Positions 1 through 14,271 of a stretch of 64,000 nucleotides of DNA are shown piece after piece. The stretch lies in contig JAHLTZ010000009.1 in assembly GCA_025786725.1 (NCBI GenBank), positions 1-64,000 on the forward strand, given 5' to 3'. This DNA comes from Syncephalis fuscata S228 (Eukaryota > Fungi > Zoopagomycota). The position numbers and the translations under genes were made by a program. The notes below the pieces were generated by a model. It worked only from the letters and a program-made list of their open reading frames with translations. It made no database searches and was not told where the DNA came from. Position 1 is the stretch's first letter. Every line of letters begins with the position of its first letter.

Positions 1-1100
1 ATGGCTCGAGGGTAAGCGGTGGACCAGCAGTGGCATTAGTCACATCTTTAACACCTTCCATGCGTGGTTCAATCAAGTGTATATACGACAGGCCCAGTCG
101 ACCAACCATGCGTATCGCTTCGGTATAAAGCGGCCCAGGATCCGTGTCGTGCATATCGTTAAAATGGCCATATGGTGAGAATCGCACGCCAACACGACCA
201 CTACCAAACACACTAATGGCCGCACTAACTACTTGTTTGCAGAATCGTACACGATTTTCTAGCGAACCACCATATTCATCAGTTCGATGATTTGAATTAT
301 TTTCTAAAAATTGATTAATTAAGTAGCCATTTGCCGCATGAATCTCGACACCATCGAAACCTGCATCTTTAGCATTAACACATGCTTGTCGAAACTCGTT
401 AATAATTGTGTTAATTTGATCTATACTTAGTTCTTGCGGCGTTTCGTAAGGCACCATATCGCCTTTACTATTGGCAACCAGCCCGTAGTTACTTGCTATT
501 GGCGATGGTGCCACGGGTAAATGGTTATTGGGCAAATAATCTAATTTCTAATGTTAATTCACTTAAAGCCAGTAAATACGCGCTACCAACGACCTACCAC
601 TGTGGCAAGCACGACCATGATGCCTTTTACAATGTGATCATTTTAATAAATTAGCAGCAATAATTGCAGATGTACACTAGCTTACCAAAGTTGCATTAAG
701 AGCACAGCATCGGGTGTTTTTTGCCTAACAGATGTTACTATCTGTTTCCATGCATCGCGCTGCTCGTCCGACCAGATACCTGGTGCAAATGGATCGCCTA
801 GCCCACCACTCGTGACACCGGTAGCTTCGGTTATAAGAAGGCCACCATGAGTTGCACGCTGCGTATAGTATTCCTGCATCAATTTCTGTGGCATATGCTA
901 AACCAATATATTAGTCAGTAAAGCTTTCTAATTGCGCATATTTACATTAATGGCTCGTCGACGCGTTAACGGTGTCAACACCACTCGATGGCTAAGATGA
1001 AAGTTGCCTACGTCGATTGGTTGAAATAGCGGGTCATCTTTACTATCAATCGCATCTTTGTAGGCACATTAATATCTTCGTTACTTTTACTTTTAATCAT
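1..1100 (-). CDS. Old yellow enzyme / NADH:flavin oxidoreductase (multi-exon, 3' end runs off window)
   Basis: Spliced translation from ATG 1100: PLFQPIDVGNFHLSHRVVLTPLTRRRA...EYYTQRAT-GGLLITEAT...PGIWSDEQ...QLWHHGRACH...AGFDGVEIHAANGYLINQFL...NHRTDEYGGSLENRVRF, all OYE family motifs. Confidence 0.93.
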
Positions 1101-1657
1101 AGTGAATATAGTGATATGGACAAGAATACATAACTGTTTATTTGTTCATAATGTTTTATGTGCTTTTAACATCAAGTAAAACAATCGATATATTTGAAGT
1201 GCAACATGTTTTAGTCACGCCTTTCAAACAACATAGTTATTATCAAACATGGTTTTGTATAAACTGCGCTGTATTATCTAAACATCACCATATCTAACTG
1301 AGATGTGCCATGATATATAGTAAAATGTGCTAAACGGATTATTACAATAAACTAACATGAAGTTATATTAATTGTAGAAATAAATAATCTTTAAATTTAA
1401 TAATCGTTTACACGTTGTAATTGGAATACAATAGTACAATATATATATATATATTTAATTGCAGTTACGTCATCAGTATAGATAGAAACAAACGACAAGC
1501 ATCAATTTGAGTATGCAATTCTTATTGCGTCATTTTCTTACCAATGATTACATTATAGTGCAACAAATAGCACATTTTTATAACTTATCACTCGTCTTAT
1601 TGCTTTTTCTTTTATTATAAACATTTATTGCCATTGCGCTTTACCAAGCTCAGAATT

Positions 1658-2817
1658 ATGCTCAATAAACTAGAAAGTAGTGCAGGGATGACCGGCAGTG
1701 CAGCAAAAGACGCTAGTTGGCATTTTACTCAGTATTTATCAAAGAATAGTACTACTGACCGTTATGCTCTTGTAATCTTGAATCAGCCGTTAAAAACCCG
1801 CTATTTGGATTTACTATGGAAACGCGGTAACTATAGTTAACAACGACCACTTATCTTAATTAATAGTAGTGTATTGAATAGCAACAATACGATTATGCGC
1901 CGATGGTGGTGCCAATCGATTATACGAGGCCATTCAGTCGGGTTTAATGTAAGACAGTGTATATGGATGCTTGCAGTTCAAATTATTCACCGATCTAGTG
2001 AATCCTCGAGTATACAACACCCAGAATATATTTGCGGTGATATGGATTCAGCTAAACCATCCGTAGTAGACCACTTTTTACAAAAGGTAAGTAAATAACC
2101 AATCCACTACCCAATCCACTAACCAATCTATTTAACTCAAAATGGCACAGGGCAGTATTATTGAAAAGAGCAGCAATCAAGATACAACAGATTTTCAAAA
2201 GTGTATTACTGCATTAGAAGCAGTAGAAAAGGATCTTTCTAATAGTGATCATACGATAACATCGCCGGTATAGCCATTCAGTATACTTTTATTTCAGCTA
2301 ACCATCAATGCTATTTAGATGCCTATTATTGCTCTAGGAGGTCTAGGAGGCAGATTTGACCAAGCAATGCACTCAATTCATATCCTATATCAGTCACTGG
2401 AACAGCAACGCCGCATTTACTTGATGACTGAAGAAAGTGTAGCCTTTATACTAGACAAGGTACACATCATTACCATTTACTATTAGCCTACTTATATAGA
2501 TCATTTAAAGGGACAACATACTATTCAAGTTGACTCTACCATTGAAGGACCTACTTGTGGACTATTACCCATTGGCAATAGTAAAGTACGCCTTACTACT
2601 CATGGATTACAATGGGATCTTGGTAGGTCATTCGTATTACTATAATTCTTCATACATTTACACATTTACTTGTAATAAATAAATATTTATTTATTTAGAT
2701 GATGCAGATACATCATTTGGCCGATTACTCTCGACATCTAATGCTTTTAAAGATAAAATTATAAGTATTTCTACGAATGCTCCAATTGTATGGACAGCCG
2801 AATTACGTATTGTATAA
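1658..2817 (+). CDS. THI80: Thiamine pyrophosphokinase (multi-exon)
   Basis: Exons give ALVILNQP, CADGGANRLY, PEYICGDMDS, QDTTDFQKC, LGGLGGRFDQ, GPTCGLLPIG, GLQWDL, FGRLLSTSN and WTAELRIV*. Confidence 0.93.
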
Positions 2818-2915
2818 TTCACTAGTCCCTATAACTATAGCAATACATCAATATATCGATATATTAATATATTAATACACAAATTCATTATAATATCTTA
2901 CCATATTAATGTTGT

Positions 2916-4085
2916 TTATGATTTGACATCTTTCTTTTGTCGAATGGGCATTGTTGTATGTAGTCGTTTTATCCTGGTTGGCACATAACTATTCATGGCC
3001 TGTTTATTCTCTTCAGTATCGGGCAAACGTATATCAAGCCATGGCATAGCAGGGATACGTATTTGATTTACTGCCCAGTCAGCTAAATCGGCCAATCACC
3101 TTCTACATTCGACTTGATACCTATAACAGCTACACGACGTATATTCAATGCCGTAGCCAATCTTTGTTCTGATCCCGCCGGTAGAACAGCCACAGGAACA
3201 CGTCCCGCTCTATAAGCAAGCATAGGTAAATGAGCATACATATGAGCCGGTGACATATCTGCTCGACAAACAACAATAAGCCGTAAGGGTCGATCAGTAA
3301 AGGGTAATACGGTGGCCAATCTAGCCTTATCGTTATCTTCATCACTCATAATCGTATCGGTCATTTCATTTTGTGTAGTAGTAGTAGTAGTAGTAAAAGA
3401 TAGACCATTTCTACTGCGTCGACGTGCTTCTCGTTCCAATACTCTGGTTACTGATGCTAGACCAATACATAAATGATTTAATGTATCTGGCCGTTCTCCA
3501 GGTGTTGGCGGTAGAATAGTATTCGTATTAGCACTAGTAGTCTTAATATCTAATAGTGGGATCTCATTTGAGTTTAAACGCTGTTTATAAGCATAACTCT
3601 TTTGTGGATTTAATGCATGTTGATTTGTTTTACGGTAAATTTGTTGTTTTGTATGATATTCTCCTATAGTTGCTACAGAACTATATTAATTAATTAGTCA
3701 ACTATTCTAATTATTATTAACTATTAATACTTACAAACATAATCGATTGATTAATGTTTCTTGATCAACTACTTGCATGGATGGCCTATTCATATATTGT
3801 ATTATATTATATTATTATATATAATATTGTTTAATAAATCATAATAAACTATAAATACTATACTTACCAGTATATATTATATGGTGCATCAAGCGTAGCC
3901 TTAAATGCTGGACGTCTATTCTTATCGGTGGCACGTACATTACTACGCCCACCAAATGTATTGGCACGGTTATTCTCTTTAGACGTCGATGCAGTGACAC
4001 TGCCAGTGGCTACTCTGTTCAAACCACCTTTTCTATTACTGTGTGTCTGCTTAGTAGAATCAGTCGACGATTTTGGTGTCGACAT
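2916..4085 (-). CDS. POP3: RNase P/MRP protein subunit Pop3/Rpp38-like (L7Ae fold)
   Basis: FKATLDAPYNIYWP, HLCIGLASVTRVLE, LIVVCRADMSPAHMYAHLPML and LPAGSEQRLATALNIRRVAVIGI. One apparent frameshift near 3095 before the ...AMPWL...YVPTRIKRL tail. Confidence 0.75.
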
Positions 4086-4215
4086 ATTGTGCAAGTATTG
4101 ATTATCGAATACACACTTAAGAAAAAGGGAAATGAAGAAATAAAATCGAGTCTATTAATTTCAACATTTGTTATCTATTCTGTATTCAACAATAAGCTCT
4201 TGTTCATAGTAAACT

Positions 4216-7156
4216 ATGACTACTTCCAATAAAGTAATTGATAGTTTGTCGTTATCTACAACGACAGATGACACAAATAACCAGGAAACCAAGGCTGCTA
4301 CCACCTATAAACAGCTTGTAAATAAGCTACTACCAAGACCACAAACGAATGAAGAACGTTTAGCGAGTCATCGACTAGTTCTAGCGTTAAAGAAACAACA
4401 AACAGAGTCTGTACCAAGAAAACATGGCGGTGGTTCACGTACAGGAGGCAAGCTTGTAAAGTTTAATAAGCAAACACTATCGCTATCTACAACTACAACC
4501 ACCGAGACTAGTAATAGTAACAGCAATAGTAGTAGTAACACTGAAGCTATTATACTTGAAAGTATCAAATGTGATGAACATAGTTATTGGCGTACACCTT
4601 GTCCTTTAGCCACAAAGATTCGTGGTCTATTTATTTGTCAATGCGATGCAAATCATTCTTGCCTGACGATGAACCAGGTGTTATTACTGATGAACTTGAT
4701 ACTGAATTGACATCATCAGCATCATCATCATCATCGAGACAAGGTTATCAAATGGTAATACGTGGCTATGATAAATTCTTTTCTATTGGTGATATACCAG
4801 CCACCCAGGTAAATATATATATATATATATTATTATACCAATTAATACATTAAATGAATAGAGAGATGCCATTGAATCCAATACAGTTGGGCCGTATGAA
4901 GTGAGTCAAAAAGAGAATGGATGTATTGTATTTATGGCTGCACTATCTTCAACACAACTCGTGGTTAGTTCAAAGAATTCACTGGGTGGTGGAGATGCAC
5001 TGGCCCATGCAGAAGTGGGACGCCAATGGCTTTATCGACACTTGAACCGAGTCAATAGAACTGAGTTAGAGTTCTGTCAATTATTACATGATCAACAAAT
5101 CACTGCCATATTTGAGGTAGGATTTATTAACTATTATAGTATTAGTACTAAAATATATATATATATATTCTATTAGTTATGTGATGATGCATTTGAAGAA
5201 CATGTTGTAGCCTATCCACCTGAAAGGCGTGGACTTTATTTACACGGTGTTAATCGAAATGTAGTAGAGCTTAAAACATGGCCTAGTAATCAGGTTCAGC
5301 AGTTGGCCGTAGCCTTTGGATTTCATCGTACAGACTATCATGTATTTGATACATTGGATGAAGTGTTGCATTATTGTGAATCAGTACAGAATAAGCAGAG
5401 TATCTATGATAATGGCGAGCAAATAGAAGGGTTTGTGTACGTGGCCACACGGTAAAAGAGAATACACCATTCTTTTTAAATATAAATTTGAAGAACCATA
5501 TTTAATGTTCCGAGAATGGCGTGAAGCAACGAAGGTTCTCCTCGCTGGACGGCCCTATTCACCGCGTTACGTATGGACAGTGGATTACATTCAATGGTGT
5601 AAGAATAAGCTAAAGAAGAGCCTGAGCTATTTAAAGAGTATCAACAAAATCGTGGTATTATTGAAGTAAGAAATGCTTTCCTTGATTGGTGGCAATCACA
5701 AGATAAAGAAATTATAGGCGCACAATTACTACCATCTAATAAGCGTAAAGAGTTATGGAAGACATCAACTGATAACTATAGTAAACAACAACAACAACAG
5801 CAATCAACTACAAAGGTTGATTATAATGAATTTCAACGTGATTCAACTTTATTGTTAAAACGACCGCTTATTACACCTGTAAAGAAATTAGTGATTATAC
5901 CAGTGGCAGTTATTGGCTGTGGTAATTATATAACTAGCTAGTATTAATCGTTAATAACTTTAATATGGATATTTAGGTAAAACAACATTATCTAGAGCAC
6001 TGGCTCAACTATTAGATGCCAGTCATATTGAGAGTGATAACATGGCCGGCAAAAGAAAACGAGATAAATTCAATCAAGCACTAATTGAATCATTAAAGCA
6101 ACACACAGTGGTTATTGCAGATCGGTAATTACTAGAATTACTATAATAATTTATTAAAACTAATATTGATTTAGTAATAACCATCAACCAGATCATAGAG
6201 GAAATATTGCTGGAACAGTTAGAAGTGTTTATCCAGAGGCTGCTCTAGTAGTGATTCATTTTGTTCAACGGCATCCTGATCGTATATTTAGAATGTCTTG
6301 TGAACGAGTTAGACAACGTGGCGAACAGCATCATCAGTAACCCCTATTAAAACACCAGATTATGCCCGTATTATTAGACAATTCCAACGTGATTTTATAG
6401 CACCTGATTCAGAACTGAACCCTGAAGATGCGACCATTGATCGTATTATACCGCTTGATCCACTCGATTCATTACATAAGAATCTACAACTAGTACTTGA
6501 TGAATTAATGCCTCTACTAGATCGACCCTTACCTTCATCGGAACAAGTCAACGATGCTATAGATATGGCTATAACCTTTAAACTACCCATTGATACTAGT
6601 AATACATCTACTATTACGCAACCACCATGTCCACCAGCACCGGCCTATATTGGTATTGCTATTGAATCAGCCTCTATTATGGATAGAATGACCGACTATT
6701 TTGCTTCTCTGGATCATTCACTACAAACGCAATTCTTTAACCAATTAGTGGCCAATGACCGTATTCAATCATCATTTCATGTTACACTTTGCCATATTGC
6801 TGATCGAAAACGTCATTTTCAAAACATTGAAATATGGAAAAAGTATATGTCACATCTTAATAGTCTAGACGATACACAACCCACTATTGTTACCTTCTCT
6901 ATTACGCATATTGTATGGGATAATGATATTATGGCTCTTAGAGTATCTCTACAAAGTCCTGATTGGATAGCTGCCACCAATAGTTATCCACATATTACTA
7001 TAGGTACACGTACAGCCGATGTTAAAGCACGTCAATCAAATCTATTAATGGAACAGGCATTTGCCTCTACTACTCCATCTAATAAAGATCTACCTAATAG
7101 TAGTAGTAATAGTAGTAAAGAAGATCAAAATGAGGTCTCATTACCAACATCTGAAT

Positions 7157-7190
<34 letters not shown>

Positions 7191-7332
7191 AACAGTCCTT
7201 CAACAACCCACTATTTCTTATGCCATGATGGTTACTCAATCACCTTCAACGACAACAATGACAACACCTTCTATTATTACATTGGAACATCCATGGTCAA
7301 TGACCGGTATTCTTACTAGTTATTATCGTTAA
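4216..7332 (+). CDS. TRL1: Fungal trifunctional tRNA ligase (adenylyltransferase, kinase, cyclic phosphodiesterase)
   Basis: IRGLF, RGYDKFF, ligase motif I SQKENGC, FELCDDAFEEHV, kinase P-loop IPVAVIGCGKTT, IADRNNH, and CPDase HxT motifs FHVTL and PHITIGT. Several introns; apparent frameshifts near 4650, 5435, 5615 and 6340. Confidence 0.93.
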
Positions 7333-7696
7333 TGGATAATAATGATAACATTAGTTGATTAAATTATAGTTAATGAAAGGTTCTTTATAGTTTAAATTTT
7401 TTAATAGTAACCATAAGTGGATGATTAACAAATGTAAGACAACCGTTTATGACCTATAATAATGTCATTATAAATAGCAAATATTAGTACAGTTTGTGGA
7501 TAAATATTCTATAAATGTTCACTAATGGTACTAATAGACTTAAACTCAATTAATGTGCATCACAACAATTTCTTAATAAAATAAATTCAATCACTATTCA
7601 ATGGATACTAAAAACCAACAACAACTACCAAATAGACTAACAACAAACTAGCCAGCATAACTATGGGCCAAATAACCACCAACCAATGATTTAAAC

Positions 7697-8802
7697 TTAC
7701 TCGGGCACGTGCGAGAACAAATACGAGACAGATTCACCGTTATGAGTTCGTCGAATGGCTTCAGCAAGTGTGGCGGAAATATCGATGGTGTCTAGCTTTG
7801 CACAGACAGCCTTCTTAGACTCATGCGGCACCGTATTAGTTACGACAATCTTCTCTAGCACTGAATCATTAAGAACGGAAATAGCCTTGCCAGACAGAAT
7901 ACCATGCGTTACAATGGCATAGACACGGGTAGCACCGTTATCTTTCAATGTCTTGGCGGCCAGTCCAAGTGTGCCACAAGTATCGGCCATATCATCAACT
8001 AGGATGGCAATCTTATCGCGTACATCGCCTACAAGTACCATACGGGATACTTCATTGGCCTTCTTGCGTTCTTTGTGAATTAAGGCAAAGTCCAAATCAA
8101 GTCGATCAGCAATTGAAGTAGCACTAGTCAGTTATAGATTGTTATTAATGCTATAGTAATCATGATAACTTGTAAAGTACTTACCGTTTGGCACCACCTG
8201 CATCGGGTGATACAATTACCGCTTTGCGATAATCAGGGATCTCATCGCGGATATATTTAAGTGTTGATGGTTCGGCGTACAAGTTATCGACGGGTACGTT
8301 AAAGAAGCCTTGAATCTGGCTGGCGTGTAGATCCATCGTGATAACATGATCGGCGCCGGCTACCGTTAGCATATTGGCCACCAATTTAGCACTAATAGGG
8401 GCACGGCTCTTATCCTTCTTGTCTTGACGGGCATATGGGAAGCATGGAATGACTGCAGTAATACGACGAGCAGATGCTGTCTTGCAGGCATTGATCATAA
8501 TTAACAGCTCCATAAGATTGTCATTAATCTCGCCCGATCCTGACTGGATAATGAATACATCTTCATCGCGTACTGACTCGCCAATGGTCACGGCAGTCTC
8601 CTGGTTACTATACTTGTAGACACCGACTTTGGCTAACTCTACGCCAAGACGACTAATTAAAATAAAATAAATTAAAAAGATATATCATATAGATTGTTAG
8701 TATTTATCTGACCATAGACCAAGCTTATACGTACGCGGCTACCAGACCGGCTAATAGTCGGTGAGAGCTACCGGCAAAGATTTTGATCGAATTAGTCGAC
8801 AT
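7697..8802 (-). CDS. PRS: Ribose-phosphate pyrophosphokinase (PRPP synthetase)
   Basis: [14 protein letters not shown] start, then [35 protein letters not shown] and [13 protein letters not shown]; 3 exons. Confidence 0.96.
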
Positions 8803-9162
8803 TGTATTCAAAAGAGTTTAGGCTTGGTTATGGTCGTTAAGCTATCGTTCACGAAAGTCGTTCTGGTTTCACAGATAAACTTGACGTAAACACCTGTACA
8901 TGCACACGCGCACACACAGACAAACAGACACACAAACACACAGACACGCGCAAATAAGAATGAACAAGCAATACAGCAGTGCCGGCAGTTACCGCAAGTG
9001 TAAACGTGCGTAGAAACACTTTGCAAGGGACCAGTAACAAGTAAACGGGAGAAAAGCAGCAAATAGAAAAAAAAAGATGAAATCTTCTATATTAGTAACT
9101 ATCATCCATCTCAGTCCACATTGTAAATCGCAGTACTTTATTAATCACGTGATACATATACA

Positions 9163-9300
9163 TTAGCCTGTACCCCAGTTAAGTCGTTCAACATGATCAG
9201 TTTTACGCTGAGTTGGTTTGATCATGCCAAGGAACTGAAGTTCAGCGACTGATTGTACGAAACGGGCTCTAAGTAAATGGGGAGTATTTGCCATTAATTA

Positions 9301-9332
<32 letters not shown>

Positions 9333-12300
9333 CTTTGTTGTAGATGACTTACCGTAACATCATGGCTTTCTCGCTTCGATCATCGTCGGTAGTCATTTTT
9401 GGTTCAACAATAGAACGATACGAGATAAACCAATCGTGTAGATTAATCCATCGACCACATTCAAGATGTAGTTGATATAAAATACAGGTATCTGGTTGCG
9501 TTCTAAGAATGGTAGAAGAGGAGGATATGTTAGATGACCTCTCTCGGCAGCAATGACATCCAAGATAGTGAACAGGAAGACGTAGTGCTGTTTGAGTTGT
9601 AGCTCGTAATTGTGGTGCAAATGTCTATATAAACATTGTAAATAAAACGAGTAATTAGCCATTAATAGCAATAATAGTAATATCCATAACTTACTTTTTG
9701 TAATAAAGATGACGATGAGAAATAACTGCATTCATAAAGTGTATTATGTGTATGATTTGTAAAGTCTCGTCTAAATATATTAATAATAACAGTATTGCAC
9801 ATTAATGTCACTATCAATACCGTTATCATTGGTACTAACTTGAAGAATGTCTCTAACCATTCGGCTACTTCTTTGGTAAGATTTGAATATTCTACTTCAG
9901 CCGGAGAAGCATCTGGTCGCAGAACAACTGGTTTAGAAAGTGATTTTTGCGTAGTTCTATTGGTCTTCTCCCATGCACTGCGAACTACTAAATTGGCCAA
10001 CTCTTTTTTGGTATTTTTATATTTGGCTCTATAGTGTTGTTCTGCCTTATCAAGTGCTTGAATAAAATCTGCTATACATTTAGGCTCAGTGTCATATAAC
10101 TGTGCGCTATCAAGTAATTCATAAACATCCATAAGAATATCTCGTAATTCCGATGAATCTACATGTCTATACCATATAATAAGTTGCTTGTTGTCTCTAT
10201 CGACAATAACTTACTGGATAGCTCGACAGGTTTGGATAACTAATGGTGAATCACCTAAATCCTCTCGTAAGGCAAACATATGCATAATACGTAATTCACG
10301 ACGTCTATTAGGAAGACTTGATAGATGGCGCTGTATCGCTAATAGTATATGAAAAGCGGCAGCCGTTTTTATTCTATGTAGACGTAGTTCTCTAATCCAA
10401 TCGGGTAGACATATTCTTAGTAAATAATCATCGTTTTTAAGTAGTTTCTTTGCTTCTTCAGGTAATATTACTAATGATTCTACATGTCTATTACCATACA
10501 TACATACATATATATATATACGTGTGTGTGGTGTATATTAATTTGTATGTATCTATTACACGTCTATATTGCTAATTACCTTTGAAATGATGGCTGCATT
10601 CGAATCCAATCGGCATGGTTACTTGTAAGACATTTAGTGGTCATTTCTAATTCTTCTTCTAATTGACAAGCCATAAAACTTAATGGATTAGAATAGAAAT
10701 GAGCCATTACCGCATACTGGATTTATATATAAATACATAGTAATCGACGTTTAATAATCATTAATAGCTTACATGTAGGGTGTTAACTACTGAATCAACG
10801 GATAGATTATGTAATGTAAATCGATCTAGAATCAAATTAAACGGTGCCAATCCCAATTGAAATCCATAGTCATTTGAAATAAACAGCTGATCATTATAAG
10901 TATATTTAAAAATAAATAACAAAAAATACTTACTTGATCCACAATAGTATTTAAACATTCATTGGCCTCTTGTAATTTAAACTTTTCCGTTCTTAATAGC
11001 GAAAGAGCCGAAAAGGTAAGCGATTGGTGTACTGTTTCCATTGAAGTGGCCACACCAAATACAAAGATAAATGGAAGTCTTGTTGTATATTCACTAATTG
11101 GTTACAATAAGTTAATGTTACCAAGTATTTATATTCATTACCTGCAAATAGTAATTAGATCATGAAGAACAGTGCTATTAAAGCTTTCAAAGTCTTGAAA
11201 TATAACCACTAGATTCGATGCTTCCTCTAAATATGTAACCATTAGTATACTGCTAGCAAAATCATTATAAATTAATTACCATTAGCCAAATGTTCATACC
11301 ATGCCAACAACGTATGGATATCAAAGTCGGGCATTCGGTTATTTCTTGGCTAAATACTAAAAGTTAATATAATCTATGTATCTATTAGTACACATTTACC
11401 TTTTTATCAAGTGTAAATTCAGGTATCATTTCATTCTACACATGTATATACATATATTAATATAGATCAATATACTATAGTATACTATACAACCTACTTT
11501 TCCATCTTGTTCATCTTCATTTTCAATTTCATAAGTATCCTCTAATTCCTCTATTTCTTCCCCTTCTTCTTCACCTTTCTCTAGTGGTGTATTTGTAAAT
11601 TGAGTAATCATTGCTCGCATAGCAGATCGAATATCGTGACAAGAAGCAGCCTTTAACAGGGCCACATAATGTCCTGGACTCTTAATACCCAATGTAGATG
11701 GTACAGTTAATGTATCAGACATACGACGAAAGATTAGATCATGGTCAGGAATATTAATTCCTAATTAAACAGTATTAATATCAAATAAATTACTAAGTAA
11801 CTAAGTGAATCAAACTGATGTACCTGCAAATACTAATGCTGTAGGAATCTCATGTTGAGGTGGGGGCATAGCACTATTAATCATCTAATTAGCCAATAAA
11901 TTAATTAGTTAAATAGAATAGTTACATTGGATCACTGATAGATGTATAAGATTTATCGGCAAAATGAACCAATGCTTCAAATGTAACACGTTGTGCTTCA
12001 CGTACAATGGTCTATTAATACGTTAATGTTTATTAGTTGCGTAAAAACACACATTTAATACCAATGTATTGTACACACCTCTAGTATTTCACGCATAGCT
12101 CGCCATACTTTGTTAAATGCTTCGTGTCGGCGTTCCATACAAATGAATGGCTCGTCACCATCAAGTAATTGACAGAAACCGTCATGACTCTGCGCCAATA
12201 CCGCTGTTTCTGTCTCGTCTAAAGATACAGTAAACGTATGAGCGTCTATTGACAAGATACGCGTTACTTTTACCTAATGTTTTTGGACGGGTTAGAATGG

Positions 12301-12472
12301 GTTTTACTTTACCGCGACGATTATTGCCGCGTTTTGCCGTTTCTTGAACAACATTCGACGGTAATACCACAAAACAAGACTAATTATAGAGAATAGTTGG
12401 TCTATTTGTAAGCACTAGTGTATACTTTGTAATTACCTCAGTAAGTGATTCAAATTCATTGAGATCCGTCAT
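9163..12472 (-). CDS. ORC3: Origin recognition complex subunit 3 (multi-exon)
   Basis: [63 protein letters not shown]; winged-helix end RLINLHDWF...[34 protein letters not shown]. Confidence 0.9.
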
Positions 12473-12548
12473 GGCGATAATAATAATAATAACAAAAACA
12501 AATTGAATAGTTGTAAAAAGTTTAATTTTATTATTGCCATTTGTAACA

Positions 12549-13935
12549 CTAATATTGATCCTCTAGTCGTATCAATTTCATTAAGGATACATGATGAGCA
12601 TCTAACCGTAGACACACCTAATGTATCATAAATAATAGTTTACAGATAAGTTGCTACTTATATACCTGCCATAGTTGCTATTGATTAGTGTTAATAAAGT
12701 GCTTTACGTATTTATTATCGAGTTCTACTGTTACTTACTAGGCCTGCTTCAATCGCTTTTTGTGAAGCTTTAGTAATAGATTGATTGCTGGCGTGGCTTG
12801 TGGTCGTTTAAATGGAGGTGCATTATACATAAAGCATAATAGAAGACGAGCAGAACTTTTTGTATTGGTGTTTAGTACATGAGTTAGCTCGTCAAAGTGC
12901 TAAATACAATGTTAATGCGATGATTAGTATTAGTATCACTAATGGGTTGTCACCTTAACAATTCGATCAAAAGCTTTTAATGGTAAACGGTTTTCACGAT
13001 AATTAGGATGATGTTGACATGGCAAATGAATCAATGGTGTCTGGTTAATATTTAATAATTAGTCAAATATATGGTTAAATAGTAACAATAAGTACTTTGA
13101 CTTCAATGTATATTTGCTGATCAACTAGAAAATCAATTTTACTCTTGGCAATGGTATATTCTCTTTGAACAGTAGTAGGTCTCCATTTTGTATCATTTTC
13201 TATAAATTGCAAATATATTTAATTTAGATTATTACATAAAGTTGCTTACTTTTATCTAATAATGCGTTTAAATGACCATCTAATAAAAATGATTCAATAA
13301 ATCGATTAGCACGACTCTGATTAATACCAATCCATGTCATTTGTCCATAAGGCGTGTCGGTGGTATCTAATGAAATAGCTTCAACTCTATTGCTGATTAA
13401 TAATATGCTTATCGTAATTCTACTTACGTAAATGTGGTTTTTCTTGAAGGTTTATTTTGTATAGTAGATAATTTACGACGCTTATTGGCTATCTTTGTGG
13501 TCGCAGTCTTTTCTTCATCCGGTCTAGATAACATGCAAGGTATATTTGTAAATTCCAAATCACCTATACGGCCTGTACCTAGTTTGTTGATGTTGGCAGT
13601 GATCAGTATTTACAGTTGTAAACTTACATGGACAATGACAGATTTGCACCTCCTGATATCCTGGTATACGTGCGTGCATAATAAATCGATTTGGTCTAGA
13701 TAGAATAAATAAGATAATGTAACAAGCCATTCTACTTTATGAATATGCAATTACCGTTTAATAATAATGCCATAGATTAATGGTTGAGGAGTGCTATTTG
13801 TGCTATTGGTGTAGTATCTTTCCATGTATCTACAACCGTTGGTTGCGTATATAATTCAATCCCTTGCTCTTTACTTGTAACTACTGACGACTCTTCCTCT
13901 ACTATTGCTTTTGATTCACCATTATTTGATGCCAT
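12549..13935 (-). CDS. SfsA (sugar fermentation stimulation protein A)-family PD-(D/E)XK nuclease, spliced
   Basis: Manual splicing gives PLIYGIIIKRPNRFIMHA...CHCPCTGRIGDL...RKTTFTVEAIS...WIGINQSRANRFIE...VQREYTIAKSKIDFLVDQQIYIEVKT...RMLRHFDEL...LLLCFMYNA...AIEAGLQLWQV. This is the SfsA OB-fold plus nuclease signature. About 8 GT-AG introns and two apparent frameshifts (~13790, ~12790). Confidence 0.85.
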
Positions 13936-14271
13936 GTTATCAATCCTAGATATGCTATTTTGCGCTATATTTGTAATAGTTAACAACGATAGTAGCAATA
14001 TAATTGTAATAGTTACAACGATAGGAAAGAAGTAGATCGATTTATTTAAGTAATAATTTAATCCCTTATGATTACAGTATACCATATTATAGATACTAAT
14101 AAACAAATATACGCTATCAATATTAACGATAACTATCAAATAGTAGACAAGTACTGCTATCAACTTTATTTAAAGACCATCAATTAATAAGTAAAAACTA
14201 TTTTATTAATAATAGCTATTTTTATCTAAATACTACCGCGATTTCTTTTTCGTTATTTACATTCTACGATC

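Noticed and set aside
1100-1830. Possible TPP riboswitch near thiamine pyrophosphokinase
   Set aside because: No correctly arranged CTGAGA...CTGAT..TAAT..GCG aptamer found; the lone ctgaga at ~1298 lacks the rest.
9166-9268. Apparent multi-stem RNA (ribozyme- or SECIS-like) on the + strand
   Set aside because: It is the last coding exon of ORC3 on the minus strand ([14 protein letters not shown]...), and it has no hammerhead or SECIS core.
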